A stretch of DNA of 64,000 nt from an uncultured delta proteobacterium (GTDB lineage: Bacteria; Desulfobacterota; WTBG01; CAIYCZ01). Both the position numbers and the translations under genes were made by a program. The notes under the pieces are model-generated. The model saw only the letters and a program-made list of their open reading frames with translations. It was not told the DNA's origin and did no database searches. Location: positions 32,001-96,000 of the forward strand of contig CAWDOY010000048.1 of the NCBI GenBank assembly GCA_963803975.1, read 5' to 3'. Positions 33,278 through 44,610 of this stretch are shown here, piece after piece. The stretch's first letter is position 1. Each line of letters begins with the position of its first letter.

Positions 33278-36056
33278 TCATCTCTTTGACTCCCCGGTTT
33301 CCGAGGTGCCATTCGGAGACGCAGTCTGTTCCCCGCCCACTTGCTCCCTGAAGAGCCGACTTTGAGTTTTCGTGCGTTCAGTCTCAAGCGAGGCATTTGG
33401 CGTCAACACGCCCGAAAAAGTCCAGCAGCGGGGCGATCAGGCCGGTCCACCCCGTCTGGTGGCTGGCCCCGAGCCCGGCGCCGTTGTCGCCGTGGAAGTA
33501 CTCATAAAAGAGGATCAGGTCACGCCAGTGCGGATCTTCCTGGAACTTGGCCGTCCCCCCATAGACCGGCCGTCTGCCCCTTGGCAGTCGCGCAGGAACG
33601 TGCCCGCCAGCCGGCGGGTAATCTCCTGCGCCACTTCGAACAGCGTCATGTACCGGCCGGAACCGGTCGGACACTGAACCTTGAATTCGTCGCCGTAAAA
33701 ACGGTACAGGTTTACCAGCGCCCGGACGATCAGCGTATTGACCGGCATCCACACCGGACCACGCCAGTTGGAGTTCCCGCCGAACATCCCGGTATTTGAT
33801 TCGCCCGGCAGGTACTGCACCTTGTACTCCTCATGACCCACCCGGAACAAGAACGGATGGTCCAGGTGAACCCGCGAGAGGGAGCGGATCCCGTGCGGCC
33901 CGAGGAACTCATTCTCGTCGAGCAGGTAGCCCGAGCACCCGCGTGAGCTTCTTCTTGTTGAGGATCGACAGCAGCCGCCGATCTTTATAGCCGATGAAAC
34001 CCTCGTCGGTCGGGGCCACATGGGCGACCAGATCGGGATGGCGTTTCCGGAACAGGGCGATCATCTCCGCCAGTTTCGGATAGCGCGTGACGGAATCTGC
34101 CTCGAATACCGTGGATGCGCAGAGCGGCAGCAGTCCCACCAGCGACCGTACCTTCAACCGCATGGCCTGGCCGTCCGGCAGCCGCAGCAGGTCGTAGAAG
34201 AACCCGTCCTGCTCGTCCCACATCTCGTCGTGATGCTCGCCGATGCGGTCCATGGCGTAGGCAATCCACATGAAATGCTGGACGAACTTGAAGGCGACCT
34301 CCTCGTACATCGGGTCGTATTCAGTCAGAATCAGGGCCATTTCCAGCATGCACTGGCAGTAGAACGCCATCCAGGCTGTCCCGTCGGCCTGCTCCAGTGA
34401 ACCGCCCGTCGGAAGCTGCGCGCTCCGGTCGAAGACGCCGATGTTGTCCAGCCCCAGAAAGCCCCCGGCGAAGACGTTGCGGCCGGCAGGGTCCTTCCGG
34501 TTCACCCACCAGTTGAAGTTCAGCATCAACCCCTGAAATGAGCGTTCCAGGAAACGCAGGTCCGCCCGGCCCAGCGTCTGCTCCATTTTGAACAGGCGAA
34601 GCGTTGCCCATGCATGGACCGGCGGATTCACGTCGCTGAAATTCCACTCGTAGGCGGGAATCTGGCCGTTGGGGTGGAAATAGAGACTGCGCAGCATCAG
34701 CAGCAGCTGCTCCTTGGCGAAATCAAAATCCACCAGTGCCAGCGCCTGTGTGTGGAAGGCCAGGTCCCAGGCCGCATACCACGGATACTCCCACTTGTCC
34801 GGCATGGAGATGATGTCGGCGTTCAGCATGTGGAACCACTCCATGTTCCGAATGCCGCGCGGGGCTGAGTCGAGCAATGGGTGGCTGTGATGCTCTTCGA
34901 GCCATTTCTCCAGGTCGAAGTAGTAATACTGCTTGCTCCAGAGCATTCCGGCCAGCGCCTGGCGGTGCACCCGGCGCTCGTCTTCGCTCAGAGATTTCGG
35001 CGTGATCCTCTGGTAGAATTCGTCCGCGTCGGCGATGCGGCTTTTGAATGTCCCCTCAAAGCCGCTGAAGGCATTCTCCATTGGGACGGCTGAGAGCCGC
35101 AGGCGGACTGTCTGGCTGCCGCCGCCGGGCACTTCGAGCACGTAGTGGGCCGCGGCCTTGGTCCCCGTCCTGGCGGGATTCACTGCCGCGCCCTGTCCCG
35201 AGATGATGTAAGCGTGGAACGCATCCTTGACATAGGGAGAAGCATTAGGCTGGTTCCAGAGACGCTGCGCATTGCTCTCATTCTCGGTGAAGAGCAGCTC
35301 CGCAGCTCCATCGCAATACAGCCAGTACTCACCCAGTTCATGGTGTGAGGCTTGAATGGCACCCGGCCCCTTCTCGCGCAGGGAAGGCTTTCGATCGTCC
35401 TCACCCCACGACCACGTGTTCCGGAACCACAGCGTCGGCAACAGGCGAAGCCGTGCCGCTTCCGGCCCGCGATTGTGAACGGTGATGCGGATGAGTACGT
35501 CTTCAGGGCCTTCCTTGGCATATTCCACGAACACGTCGAAATAGCGGTCGTCGTCAAACACGCCCGTATCGAGCAGCTCGTACTCGAACTCCTCCCGCGA
35601 CCGTCCCCGATTCCTCTCGATCAGGTCGCAATAGGGAAACTCCCGCTGCGGGTATTTGTACAGATACTTCATGTAGGAGTGGGTGGGAGTGCTGTCAATG
35701 TAGAAGTAGTACTCCTTCACGTCCTCCCCATGGTTCGCCTCGCTGTTGGTGAGCCCGTACAGGCGCTCCTTGAGGATGGGGTCGCGTTCGTTCCACAGAG
35801 CGAGGGCAAAGCACAGCTGTTGCTTATCATCGGAGATTCCCCCCAGCCCGTCTTCTCCCCAGCGGTAGGCCCGTGAGCGAGCCTGGTCATGGGTGAAGTA
35901 ATTCCACGCGTCGCCACCTTCGCTGTAGTCCTCGCGGACCGTGCCCCACTGCCGCTCGCTCAAATAGGGCCCCCATTTCTTCCAGGGGATTCCCGCCTCG
36001 CGCGCGTCATTCAACCGCTTCTGTTCTGTTACGTCGATGATTTTCTTCTCAGCCAT
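33278..36056 (-). CDS. MGH1/GH63-like glycoside hydrolase (several frameshifts)
   Basis: [64 protein letters not shown]. Confidence 0.88.
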
Positions 36057-36122
36057 GGTCTTCCTCCCTTCTTTTCTCCTGAGTTTTGTTAAAATAAAAA
36101 TTAATCAGATTGTTCTCGTCCT

Positions 36123-36785
36123 TCATCCCCCCAGTGCCATGGTGATGCCCACCAGCACGCTGCCGAGCACAACCATCGCGAGACCGGTCAGCCACGGGCG
36201 GTATTCCGCAACGCGCCCAAACGCATAGCCGGTCAGGAACAGCAGGACGATGGCGATGGCATTCGAGACGCGCATGGCCCGCGCGACGTCATTCATGAAG
36301 ATGAAGGGGATCGCCACCGGGAACGTGGTGAGGAACACCCACAGGAACACTGCGAGCGCCCCCAGCCACTCGTCTTGCGCAGCCGCGGGTGCGATCGGCG
36401 GCTCGGGCAATTGAACCAGCTTTTGGCGCACGGTCTCATATTCGGCGGGGCCGAGCGTGGCGGCTACCATCGGCGGCAGCGCGTCGGCAATGACGCGGTG
36501 CGCCTCCTCCGGGGCCGCTGCTTTTCGCAAGGCCCGCAACGTGCGAATGCCGCGTCCCTGGTCGCTCAGGCAGCCCATGAGATACAGGACGCCGTCGATG
36601 ATTCCCCAGGCAAGATTGCAGCCGAGGGCGCCGATGAGCATGGTGCGGACTTCGGCCCGGTCCGCCTCGGCGACACTGAGCGAGCCGGTGAAGGTGAGGA
36701 CCATGATCAGGCCAAAGAGCACTTCCGAGATGCGCTCATTCGGTTCGAGCACGCGCTTGGAGGATTTGATGGATTCGTTAGGCAT
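36123..36785 (-). CDS. VIT1/CCC1-like membrane protein
   Basis: 'RISEVLFGLIMVLTFT', 'LGCNLAWGIIDG'; C-terminal TM hairpins. Confidence 0.7.
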   Translation of the reverse strand: MPNESIKSSKRVLEPNERISEVLFGLIMVLTFTGSLSVAEADRAEVRTMLIGALGCNLAWGIIDGVLYLMGCLSDQGRGIRTLRALRKAAAPEEAHRVIADALPPMVAATLGPAEYETVRQKLVQLPEPPIAPAAAQDEWLGALAVFLWVFLTTFPVAIPFIFMNDVARAMRVSNAIAIVLLFLTGYAFGRVAEYRPWLTGLAMVVLGSVLVGITMALGG

Positions 36786-36832
36786 GGGCGGCGAGAGCTT
36801 GGTTTTTAGCTGCGCTTGATGAGACTGCCATT

Positions 36833-37926
36833 TCACTGCGCTCGGGGCGGCAACAGGTAAAGCGTCATGGCGAAGATCAGATAGACCATCAGCACCAACA
36901 CCCCGACGAACCACGCCGAGCGCCCGCTGTTCGTGACAAGCGACGCGGTGAGGGTGGCGATGAGAATCATCACCACCGCGCCCGGCCAGAATTGCAGGTC
37001 CATCGGCGTCGGGCCGAGGACGTAACTGAGCAGCACCAGCACCGGGGCGACGAAGAGCGCAATCTGCGACGCGCTGCCCAGCGCGATGCCCACGCTCAGG
37101 TCCAGCCGGTTCTTGCGCGCGCCGGAAAACGCCGAGGCCATCTCCGCCGCGCCGCCGACCAGCGCCACGACGATGAATCCCACGAAAGCGGGAGTCATCC
37201 CGAACGCCTCCGCCGCCTTCTGCACCGACTCGACAAAAATCTCGCTCACCAGCGCCACCAGCACCGTGACGCCGGCCAGCGTGGCCAGGGCCAGGCCGAT
37301 GGGCCACGGCGCTTCGCCGGCCTCCCCGGTTCCGCGCTGGCAAACAGCTCGCGATGCGTTTTGAGCGAGAACAGCATGCCCAGTCCGTAGGTAACGATGA
37401 GCAGCACCGCCAGACCCACGCTCAACTTCTGGGTGAACGCCGCCCCCGCCGCGGAGTCGGCTTCTGAAACCGCCGAAGGAATCAACAGCGCAATCGTGGC
37501 CAGGAAGAGCAGGCCCGCTTGCACGCGGGCGCTGACCCGGTTGTATTCCTGCACGTGGTGCTTGAGTCCGCCGAGGAGAAACGATGCGCCCAGCATGAAC
37601 AAGGTGTTGGTGACAATCGCGCCGGCAATGGACGCCTTCACCAGCATGTATTGCCCGGCGCGCAAGGCGGTCAGCGCAATGACCAGTTCGGTCAGGTTTC
37701 CCAGCGTGGCATTGAGCAGGCCGCCGACCGCATCGCCCGTCTTGGCCGCCACCGATTCAGTGGCGTGACTCAGCAGCGCCGCCAGCGGCACGATGGCCAG
37801 CACGGACAGCAGGAAGAGCAGCGTGTGCGCTTCGGGCTTGAGCTGCTGCGCTGCGAACACCACGGGCACGAAAGCCAGCAGCCAGAGCAGCGGATTGTGA
37901 CGAATTTCTTTGAGTAGCTGTTTCAT
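36833..37926 (-). CDS. cax: calcium/proton exchanger Cax/ChaA (frameshift near 37325)
   Basis: GGLLNATLGNLTE alpha-1 repeat; GGAAE and ALGSASQIALFVAP alpha-2 region. Confidence 0.9.
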
Positions 37927-37939
37927 TGGTTTAGTTGAA

Positions 37940-38006
37940 TTATTGATGGGACTCGCTATTGAATGCGGTAAATATAGGCTGGAGATGATTGGGTGTCAAT
38001 AAAAAA
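37940..38006 (-). promoter_or_regulatory. conserved promoter/leader module, copy C
   Basis: TTGACA-N17-TATATT, then gcattcaatagcgagtcccatcaat. Confidence 0.7.
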
Positions 38007-38202
38007 TACGCCCCAGGATGTAGGCAGGGGTTGTCCAGACAAAAATGAGACATCTTATGATGAGTATTACCGGAAGGTTCAAACTGTCAGATTATGTATC
38101 AGCAGCGAGAGTAGAGCGAAAATCTGCGAAAGGTTTTGAGATAAAACACGATCGCATATGAATTAGGAGCATCTCAATAGAACATACTTTGGGGCAGATT
38201 CA

Positions 38203-38264
38203 TTATTGACATACAATCGCGCCACACCTATACTTCCTTCTTCTGAAAACAAGTTCTTATCAAT
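38203..38264 (+). promoter_or_regulatory. conserved promoter/leader module, copy D (divergent from C)
   Basis: TTGACA-N17-TATACT, then tccttcttctgaaaacaagttcttatcaat. Confidence 0.7.
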
Positions 38265-38291
38265 TCAATCAATAACAATGAAGAGAAGTTA

Positions 38292-38939
38292 ATGAATAAA
38301 TACCAGATGGTATTGCCCGACACGATTAAGGAAGACAACATTGGAACGATCCAGTTTTTCATTGGCCCATCGGCTTTGCCACGGTTTAATGAAATACTTC
38401 AACGGGGTTTTTTTGTGATAAATCCTGTCGGCATAAGCATAGAAGAGTTTCTCACAAAACAGATAGGTCTTTCCAGGCAATACATTGGTTATAAAATCAG
38501 CACCGTTTTACTTGATGGCAAAATCGTTCACGATATCGGATCGGCACTGATCAAGAGAGGGTCGGTACTCGCCTTTTCCTCCGCCCTGCCGGGCTTTGTG
38601 GGTGCGAGCTTGAGAAGCGGAAGCATTAACCAGTCATTAGGTGAATCCAGCACCTCCAGAGAGATTAATTCTCCTGACAGCAAGGACAGGGGCGTTTTTT
38701 GCGTAAAGCTTTATAACCTTCCAATGCTCGAACTGGGACCTTATTTCATGAAGCGCGGCATTCTGCTTAGATCCGCCGGCCTTGAAGAATTCCTGAAAAC
38801 ACAGCCCGATGCCTTCTGGAGGGACTGTAGCAAAATTCTCCTGGATGGCAAACAAATTGACCCTGTTTCCTTAGGCGCAGAAAATATGTCCGGAACATAT
38901 GAATGGCTGCGCCTTTCAATCCACCTGCCGGAAGAATGA
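38292..38939 (+). CDS. conserved hypothetical protein
   Basis: 215-aa ORF directly behind promoter copy D; 'ISTVLLDGK.V.D......GS.LAFSSALPG.VGA'. Confidence 0.65.
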   Translation: MNKYQMVLPDTIKEDNIGTIQFFIGPSALPRFNEILQRGFFVINPVGISIEEFLTKQIGLSRQYIGYKISTVLLDGKIVHDIGSALIKRGSVLAFSSALPGFVGASLRSGSINQSLGESSTSREINSPDSKDRGVFCVKLYNLPMLELGPYFMKRGILLRSAGLEEFLKTQPDAFWRDCSKILLDGKQIDPVSLGAENMSGTYEWLRLSIHLPEE

Positions 38940-38948
38940 AATCCTCCC

Positions 38949-39104
38949 TCAGATCATAACAACAATGCCAAACGGGCTTACCAACAGACCGACGGTCACA
39001 AACACCATGGGCGCGGTAATGGGCGAGCGCTCAGACAAACGGGAAAAGAGCCCGAAGCCAAAGGTTAAAAGAGCAGTGAAGATTATTATGGGAAACTCAT
39101 GCAT
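38949..39104 (-). pseudogene. N-terminal fragment of an NhaP/CPA1-like cation:proton antiporter
   Basis: MHEFPIIIFTALLTFGFGLFSRLSERSPITAPMVFVTVGLLVSP..., then stop after 51 codons. Confidence 0.55.
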
Positions 39105-39117
39105 GATCAGCTTCTCT

Positions 39118-39633
39118 TCACCTGCGCCACGACTTCAGCGCAAGTTCGGCAGCAGGGGGAACCTTTGAAGTAAACTCAATATCTTCAAGTGCAGTCAATA
39201 CCGGCTGCAACTCTTTCCCCGGATCATCAGTAATCAGAGCGCGAAGTATGTGATGGGCACCGTCCCGCAGCAACACTGACGTTTCCTCTTTCACTTGTGT
39301 TAATGACTTCAGCAACGGTATGACTACCTGCGGCCCCAGAGCTACCAGGCCTTCTGCTGCCAGCCAGCGCACAGCAAATTCTTCATCAGTTAACGACAGT
39401 ATCAAGCCATCTATGGCTGCCGGGTCTTTGATATCCGCCAGTGCTTTTGCCGCTTCCCAGCGAACCTGGTGCTTGCGATTTTTCAACAAAGGCAGCAGAT
39501 ACGGTACTGCAGGCTTGCCGATTGAAACCAGGGACATGCGGGCAGCTTCACGGGTCTGCCCTTGTTTGCTGGCCAGGTCAGTAATTAAAGCTGAAACACT
39601 ATCTGCGGTACTGTTTTCCTTAACGTCTTTCAT
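39118..39633 (-). CDS. HEAT-repeat protein
   Basis: 'VRWEAAKALADI.DP.AI..LI..L.D....VRWLAAEGL'. Confidence 0.85.
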   Translation of the reverse strand: MKDVKENSTADSVSALITDLASKQGQTREAARMSLVSIGKPAVPYLLPLLKNRKHQVRWEAAKALADIKDPAAIDGLILSLTDEEFAVRWLAAEGLVALGPQVVIPLLKSLTQVKEETSVLLRDGAHHILRALITDDPGKELQPVLTALEDIEFTSKVPPAAELALKSWRR

Positions 39634-39852
39634 AGTAACCCCGGGATTAATAATTGTATTGTATAAAAACTGATAGAGAGGTTTTTGAGCCAAAGCGTAG
39701 CATATATTAAAATCGCTTGCCCGTTGTATATATAAAAGGGATACTGTTTGGGAAAAAAGAACGGGAGAGAGAGATTAAGGGGTCTCTTCTACACATTACA
39801 CAATTATGAAGAGTGTAGACGCATCCTCATTATCCGACCCGGACGACAAGTC

Positions 39853-40479
39853 TCATTGCTTAGCAGAAACCTTGCGATACCTTCTCCACCTCTTTTTGGT
39901 AGACTTCCAGACAAGAACAAACCTATACACGGGAGTTATGATGAACATCGCCAGTGTCACATATCTCGGAAATATTGTCCTTATTCGATCTTTATTGGAC
40001 GGCACGACACGTAATTGCCATAACAAGTGCAATCTCACGTAGTCGATGAATTTGAAGAGGAAGAACAGTGGATTGTGTCTCTGTAAGCATGTCTCGAAGT
40101 CTATTAGAACTGGTTCGCCCCTATCTGTGATCAGTATATTGCTGGGATGAAGATTTCCGTGAGCAAATCCAAAGGCGTGAAGTTGACGAACAACATCCAG
40201 GACACGACGAAAGAGCTGTTCATCGAAGAATGGACGGAAGTGACGGCCGTTCAGGGATTTCCCCTCGATCTTCTCCATTGTAAAGCTATTATCAGTTGAG
40301 CTGATGAGTTTCGGGGCGTTCTTAAAACCCAGTTCAGCCAACTTCAAAAGACCTTCTGCTTCATGCCTGCACCAAGTTCTTGTAAGTGACCCGAACGGAG
40401 TTCCAACTACTTTAATGACCTCCTTTTTGCCGTCGACCACGGTAATAGAATTATATTTGAGCAGATTCTTAGGTTGCAT
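39853..40479 (-). CDS. protein-kinase-like phosphotransferase (RIO1/Kdo/APH fold)
   Basis: VIK, E..GL, MEKIEG, HGNLHPSNIL, LIDFET. Confidence 0.7.
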   Translation of the reverse strand: MQPKNLLKYNSITVVDGKKEVIKVVGTPFGSLTRTWCRHEAEGLLKLAELGFKNAPKLISSTDNSFTMEKIEGKSLNGRHFRPFFDEQLFRRVLDVVRQLHAFGFAHGNLHPSNILITDRGEPVLIDFETCLQRHNPLFFLFKFIDYVRLHLLWQLRVVPSNKDRIRTIFPRYVTLAMFIITPVYRFVLVWKSTKKRWRRYRKVSAKQ

Positions 40480-40482
40480 TAG

Positions 40483-41013
40483 TCAGTTTTTCCTGTAGAT
40501 CACTACGTCCCTGTAGTCGATCTTCAGCCACTTCATGATTCCGTTGTAGGAAGTCTTGGCTTCAATTTTTTCGTAGTTTCGATCACAAAGAGCAAATACC
40601 TCCAGATTTCTCTTTGTATTGTTTGTCTCGATGATCAGGAAGCCGCCTTCATTCAATAATGAATCAATTTTGCTGAATATATTTTGCGAGTCCCACTTCT
40701 TTATGTGTGCTATCACGGCCATCATTACGATGGTATCGAATGTCTCGTTAGCACTGAAAGCCTCGAAGTCGTTAAATTCGTAATGCAGATTCGGGTGTCT
40801 CTTCTGAAGCTTGATATAGTATTTTTCGAAATGCCTATTGGGTTCGAGCAGGGTGTATTTCTTCGTCAGCGGATAGTATTTCTCAAAAAGAGCGCCCTTG
40901 TTTGGGCCCACTTCCAGGACATTCCTTCCGGTCAAATATTTCTTGAAGTCAAGAATATGGTTACGATACATGCAGAACAAGTAGCTCTGCCTTATGTAGT
41001 GGGTATGTTTCAT
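40483..41013 (-). CDS. class I SAM-dependent methyltransferase
   Basis: VLEVGPNKG, FDTIVMMAVIAHI, LLNEGGFLII. Confidence 0.8.
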   Translation of the reverse strand: MKHTHYIRQSYLFCMYRNHILDFKKYLTGRNVLEVGPNKGALFEKYYPLTKKYTLLEPNRHFEKYYIKLQKRHPNLHYEFNDFEAFSANETFDTIVMMAVIAHIKKWDSQNIFSKIDSLLNEGGFLIIETNNTKRNLEVFALCDRNYEKIEAKTSYNGIMKWLKIDYRDVVIYRKN

Positions 41014-41042
41014 ATATGGTTATTTTACCTCGCCGGCTATGA

Positions 41043-41104
41043 ATTGATAGGAACTCGCTTTCAGATGAAGTAAGTATAGACCGGGGATGATTGTGTGTCA
41101 ATAA
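41043..41104 (-). promoter_or_regulatory. conserved promoter/leader module, copy E
   Basis: TTGACA-N17-TATACT, then tcatctgaaagcgagttcctatcaat. Confidence 0.75.
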
Positions 41105-41141
41105 TCAGTCTGTGCTCAACCAGCATCGAACTGCCTGCGGG

Positions 41142-41912
41142 TTACTTCATGCTCTGACGCACTTCCACCAGCACCTGATCGGCGGTATCGATCTGTACCA
41201 GCCCTAACCGGGGATACTCAAGGTCCAAAATGACGTATACGGTGATTGAAAGGATGGCGGCAAACACGAGCATGTGGATCCTGCTGCTGCTGCAAGCCAT
41301 GCTGTAGCCGGCGAGCAGGGCGCTCAAAAGAGCGAGGAAAATGAGCATTATAAAAATAATTGACGGCGGATGGTTCTGCATGGCGACCGAGCGGGTGGTG
41401 GTGATGTCAATCATCTGGTTGAGAGCGGGCAGAAGGAGCATGGCCGCGGGCTGGGGAAATACCGCCCGGACAGCTGCAACCGACTCTGACCAGATCTCAG
41501 ACTGAATTGCAGCCGAACGCGCAAGCGCGGCTTTCGTAGCTTCCCTGTCGGATACATCCCGGTATGCTGACAGACGTGAATCCACGTATATGCGAAACTT
41601 CTCCTTCAGCGACTTTTGCGCTTCAGCAGACAGCATATCGAGCCGCAGATAAGCAGTGCCGATGGCATTGGCCTCCTCAGTGATGAGGTGCCGCCGGGCT
41701 TCAAACCGGGAAGCTGCTCCTGAAAAAGTAAAAGCAATGAGCAGCCCCAGAAGACCATAAACTGCTGCATCAATTGCGCCGGCACCGGAGGCGGACTTTT
41801 TGGCCTCCTTCGCCCGCGCCGCACAGCCGATACGCCGGCCGATTTCCAGGAAAAGCAGCACCGCGAGGAACAGGCCGCCAGCCAACAACAAGGTCATGAT
41901 GGTAAAGTTCAT
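41142..41912 (-). CDS. DUF4239/bestrophin-like membrane protein
   Basis: LLGLLIAFTFS.A.SRF..RR....EANAIGTAYLR; DLEYPRLG. Confidence 0.85.
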   Translation of the reverse strand: MNFTIMTLLLAGGLFLAVLLFLEIGRRIGCAARAKEAKKSASGAGAIDAAVYGLLGLLIAFTFSGAASRFEARRHLITEEANAIGTAYLRLDMLSAEAQKSLKEKFRIYVDSRLSAYRDVSDREATKAALARSAAIQSEIWSESVAAVRAVFPQPAAMLLLPALNQMIDITTTRSVAMQNHPPSIIFIMLIFLALLSALLAGYSMACSSSRIHMLVFAAILSITVYVILDLEYPRLGLVQIDTADQVLVEVRQSMK

Positions 41913-41962
41913 TTCATTCCCCTATAAAGTATTAGCAGTGCCACATCTTCAATTGTCATTAG

Positions 41963-42113
41963 CAGGCTGCTGAAAAACACCCATCTGCTTCGTTGCGCTC
42001 ATCCTTCGTCATTGCGACGTACGGCAATGTACGACTCATTCCTCAGGATTTCGCGCGCCTTGCATCTGTATGTTTTTGACCAGCCTGGAAAAGATTACTT
42101 TTTCAACAACCTG
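41963..42113. mobile_element. non-autonomous MITE with IS5/IS1182-like ends
   Basis: Terminal inverted repeats CAGGCTGCTGAAAAA / TTTTTCAACAACCTG flanked by a TTAG direct repeat (41959-62, 42114-17); extra inner end TTTTTGACCAGCCTG at about 42073-42087. Confidence 0.7.
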
Positions 42114-42172
42114 TTAGATATCGCTGCTCAGTCCGGAGTGTGACGCTGAAAAAAATATCTGCTTTTATTTCT

Positions 42173-43523
42173 CTATTGGCCCACGAAGTAGAACAGACCC
42201 AGGACATACAGAGCTGCCATGACCAACTGGCATAGGGTCAGCGGCACACCGTAGCGCATGAATGTTACAAATGAAACCGGCTTGCCGTGCGCTGCGCAGA
42301 TACCGGTGCTCACCACGTTGGCTGAAGCGCCGATCAGGGTTGCGTTGCCGCCCAACGTTGCCGAAAACATCATGGCCACAAACACCGGAATAACCGCGCG
42401 GGCCAGTCTGTAAAGGTCGGGTCTAACGCCAGGTCAGGCACGAGCTCAGCCGTCACGAAGTACCCTTTGACCATAAGCAGCATTGCCGCGACTACCGGTA
42501 TATTGGCAAGCAGGCTGGAAGCAAACCCCACACCAGCCATTATGACCAGTGCAATCAGAACAAGGTTGGTGCCAAACCAGGCGTACAGATTCTGGGAAAA
42601 ACTTTGCAGGATGCCGGTCTTGTTAAAGGCCTGAACCAGGCAGAATAGGCACATGAGGAAAATAAGCGTTCGCCAGTCAACGTCTTTCAGCACGTTGGTA
42701 ATCGGCTCGACTTTTGCGGCATAGATTACCAGCAGTGCCAGGGTTGCGGCAATGATAGCCACACCCGGCGGGACAATCTGGGTCGGCGTTCTGTCCCCGA
42801 ATATAAACAGGAGCACCATCACCACCAGCACCATGAGCGAAAACGCAGCAAACCAGGGCCGCTCCAACGGTTTGACCCGGAGATTGTCCGGCAATGTGCG
42901 CTGCACCTGCCATACATCTTTCATCAGCCACGGCATGAGGGGAATAATCACCAGCAGTGACAGCAACCCTCCCAGGCTCACCTTCTGCAGGTATTGACTG
43001 AAGGTCATCCCGATGGTACTGCCTACCAGAAACGTGGCCGGGTCACCGACCAGGGTGAGCATGCCGGCTGAATTGCTGATGATTGCGGTCAGCACCATGG
43101 GACCGACAAAATCAATTTCCAGGGCAATCGCAACCCGGATGATTATCGGGGCAAGCAGTATCACGGTGGTGGCATTGGGCAGCACTGCGCAGAGAGGGGC
43201 AACGAGGATAATCAGTCCCAGCAGGAACCGCTTGCCGCTTCCTTTGGTTGCACGCAGATAGTAGGTGCCGAGCATACTCAAAAATACCGGTGGGAGCGAG
43301 CACCCGCGCCACGACCATGCCGCCAAACAGCAGGGCGATCGGACCACCGGCCGTCCGGTTAATGGCAACGACATCCTGCGAGGTAAAAACTCCCAGCTAC
43401 GATCAGCGTGCTGACCCCCAGCAGACCGACAAGCAGCATGTCGATTACGTCGAAAGCGATCAGCAGAATGACAGCGGCAAAAACAATTAGGGTTGTGGTG
43501 GTAGTGAAATCAAAATCCGGCAT
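42173..43523 (-). CDS. ArsB/NhaD/SLC13-family permease (frameshifts near 43390, 43270, 42400)
   Basis: LPNATTVILLAP, NSAGMLTLVGDP, TLGGNATLIGASANVV. Confidence 0.85.
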
Positions 43524-43550
43524 ATCTATTGTCTTACATTGAATAATGAA

Positions 43551-44610
43551 TTACTGAAACGGTGGCGCATATAGTAAGCCGCCCTGTTTCCATAAGCGGT
43601 TCAAGCCGCGCTCAATCTTCAAGCCGCTGGCGCTGCCGAAATTGCGCTCATAGATTTCACCGTAGTTACCGACCGCGGCAATGACATCTGCAACCCAGTC
43701 AGGTTTCAGTCCGAGGGATTTTCCCGCGCTGCCCGCATTTAGTTAAGGAACCACCGGAGTTCCGGGTCAGTGGTTTCTTTCTGCAGGGTTCGCACATTGG
43801 CGCTGGTGACACCGCGTTCCTCTGCCTCAATGAGAGCAAACAGCACCCACCTCACCAGCGTTAGCCATTCCTCGTCACCGCGCAGCACTGCCGGGGCAAG
43901 GGGTTCTTTGGAGATTTCCCCCGGCAGGATTTTAAACCGCTCTGTTCCGCCGGGTATCTCTGCCCGCAGTCCTGCAAGAACTGATCGCTCAGCAGTGCAT
44001 GCCTGACATTGCCCGGCCAGAAAAGCGTTGCTCTAACTCTTGTTGGGAATCAACCTCAACGGGGGTATAGTGTATGCCCCGATCTTTAAAAGTATTTGCC
44101 ATGTTTAATTGAAGGGTTGTTTTCTTCTCAACGCAGATCGTCGCACCGTTCAGATCTTCAAGCCGCTGGATGTTTTTTTTGTCGGCAGGCACCATGAAGG
44201 TCTGACCGTCATAAAAATAGATTCCGGGAAATTCAATGCCGATCCCGGCTTCGCGTCCAAACGTCCATGTCACCGTATGGGCAAGCAGATCAATCCTGCC
44301 CGAAAGCAATACCGGAAAACGGTTCGGCGCAGCTTAACGGCGTGAAGCTCACTTTTTCAGCATCACCCAGCGCTGCAGCCGCTACCGCCCGGCAGAAATC
44401 AACATTGAATCCCTGCCAGCGGCCGCTTTGATCCTTGAAGGAAAATCCCAATAGCTGTTCAGTCACCCCGCAATGGACTTCATCGTTTGCGCGAACGCGC
44501 ACCAGAGTCTGACCTGCCAGGGCCGACGATGTGCACAGCACTGTTAGGGCTATCAACAGCCACGCAGCTATCCCTGTAAAGTTCGATCGTTTTATCAATG
44601 CACGCTTCAT
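43551..44610 (-). CDS. general L-amino-acid ABC substrate-binding protein, AapJ/BztA-like (several frameshifts)
   Basis: 'GRWQGFNVDFCRAVAAA.LGD', 'ISKEPLAP', 'VGNYGEIYERN', 'GGLLYAPP'. Confidence 0.85.

Noticed and set aside
36123..37343. 406-aa ORF suggesting a Cax-VIT fusion
   Set aside because: Its N-terminal half is an off-frame reading of cax. Cax stops at 36833 and the VIT-like gene starts near 36785.
28148..41104. Repeated module as a CRISPR array or integron attC sites
   Set aside because: Copies are kilobases apart, diverged, lie 5' of genes and contain promoters. I saw no RYYYAAC/GTTRRRY attC boxes, integrase or cas genes.
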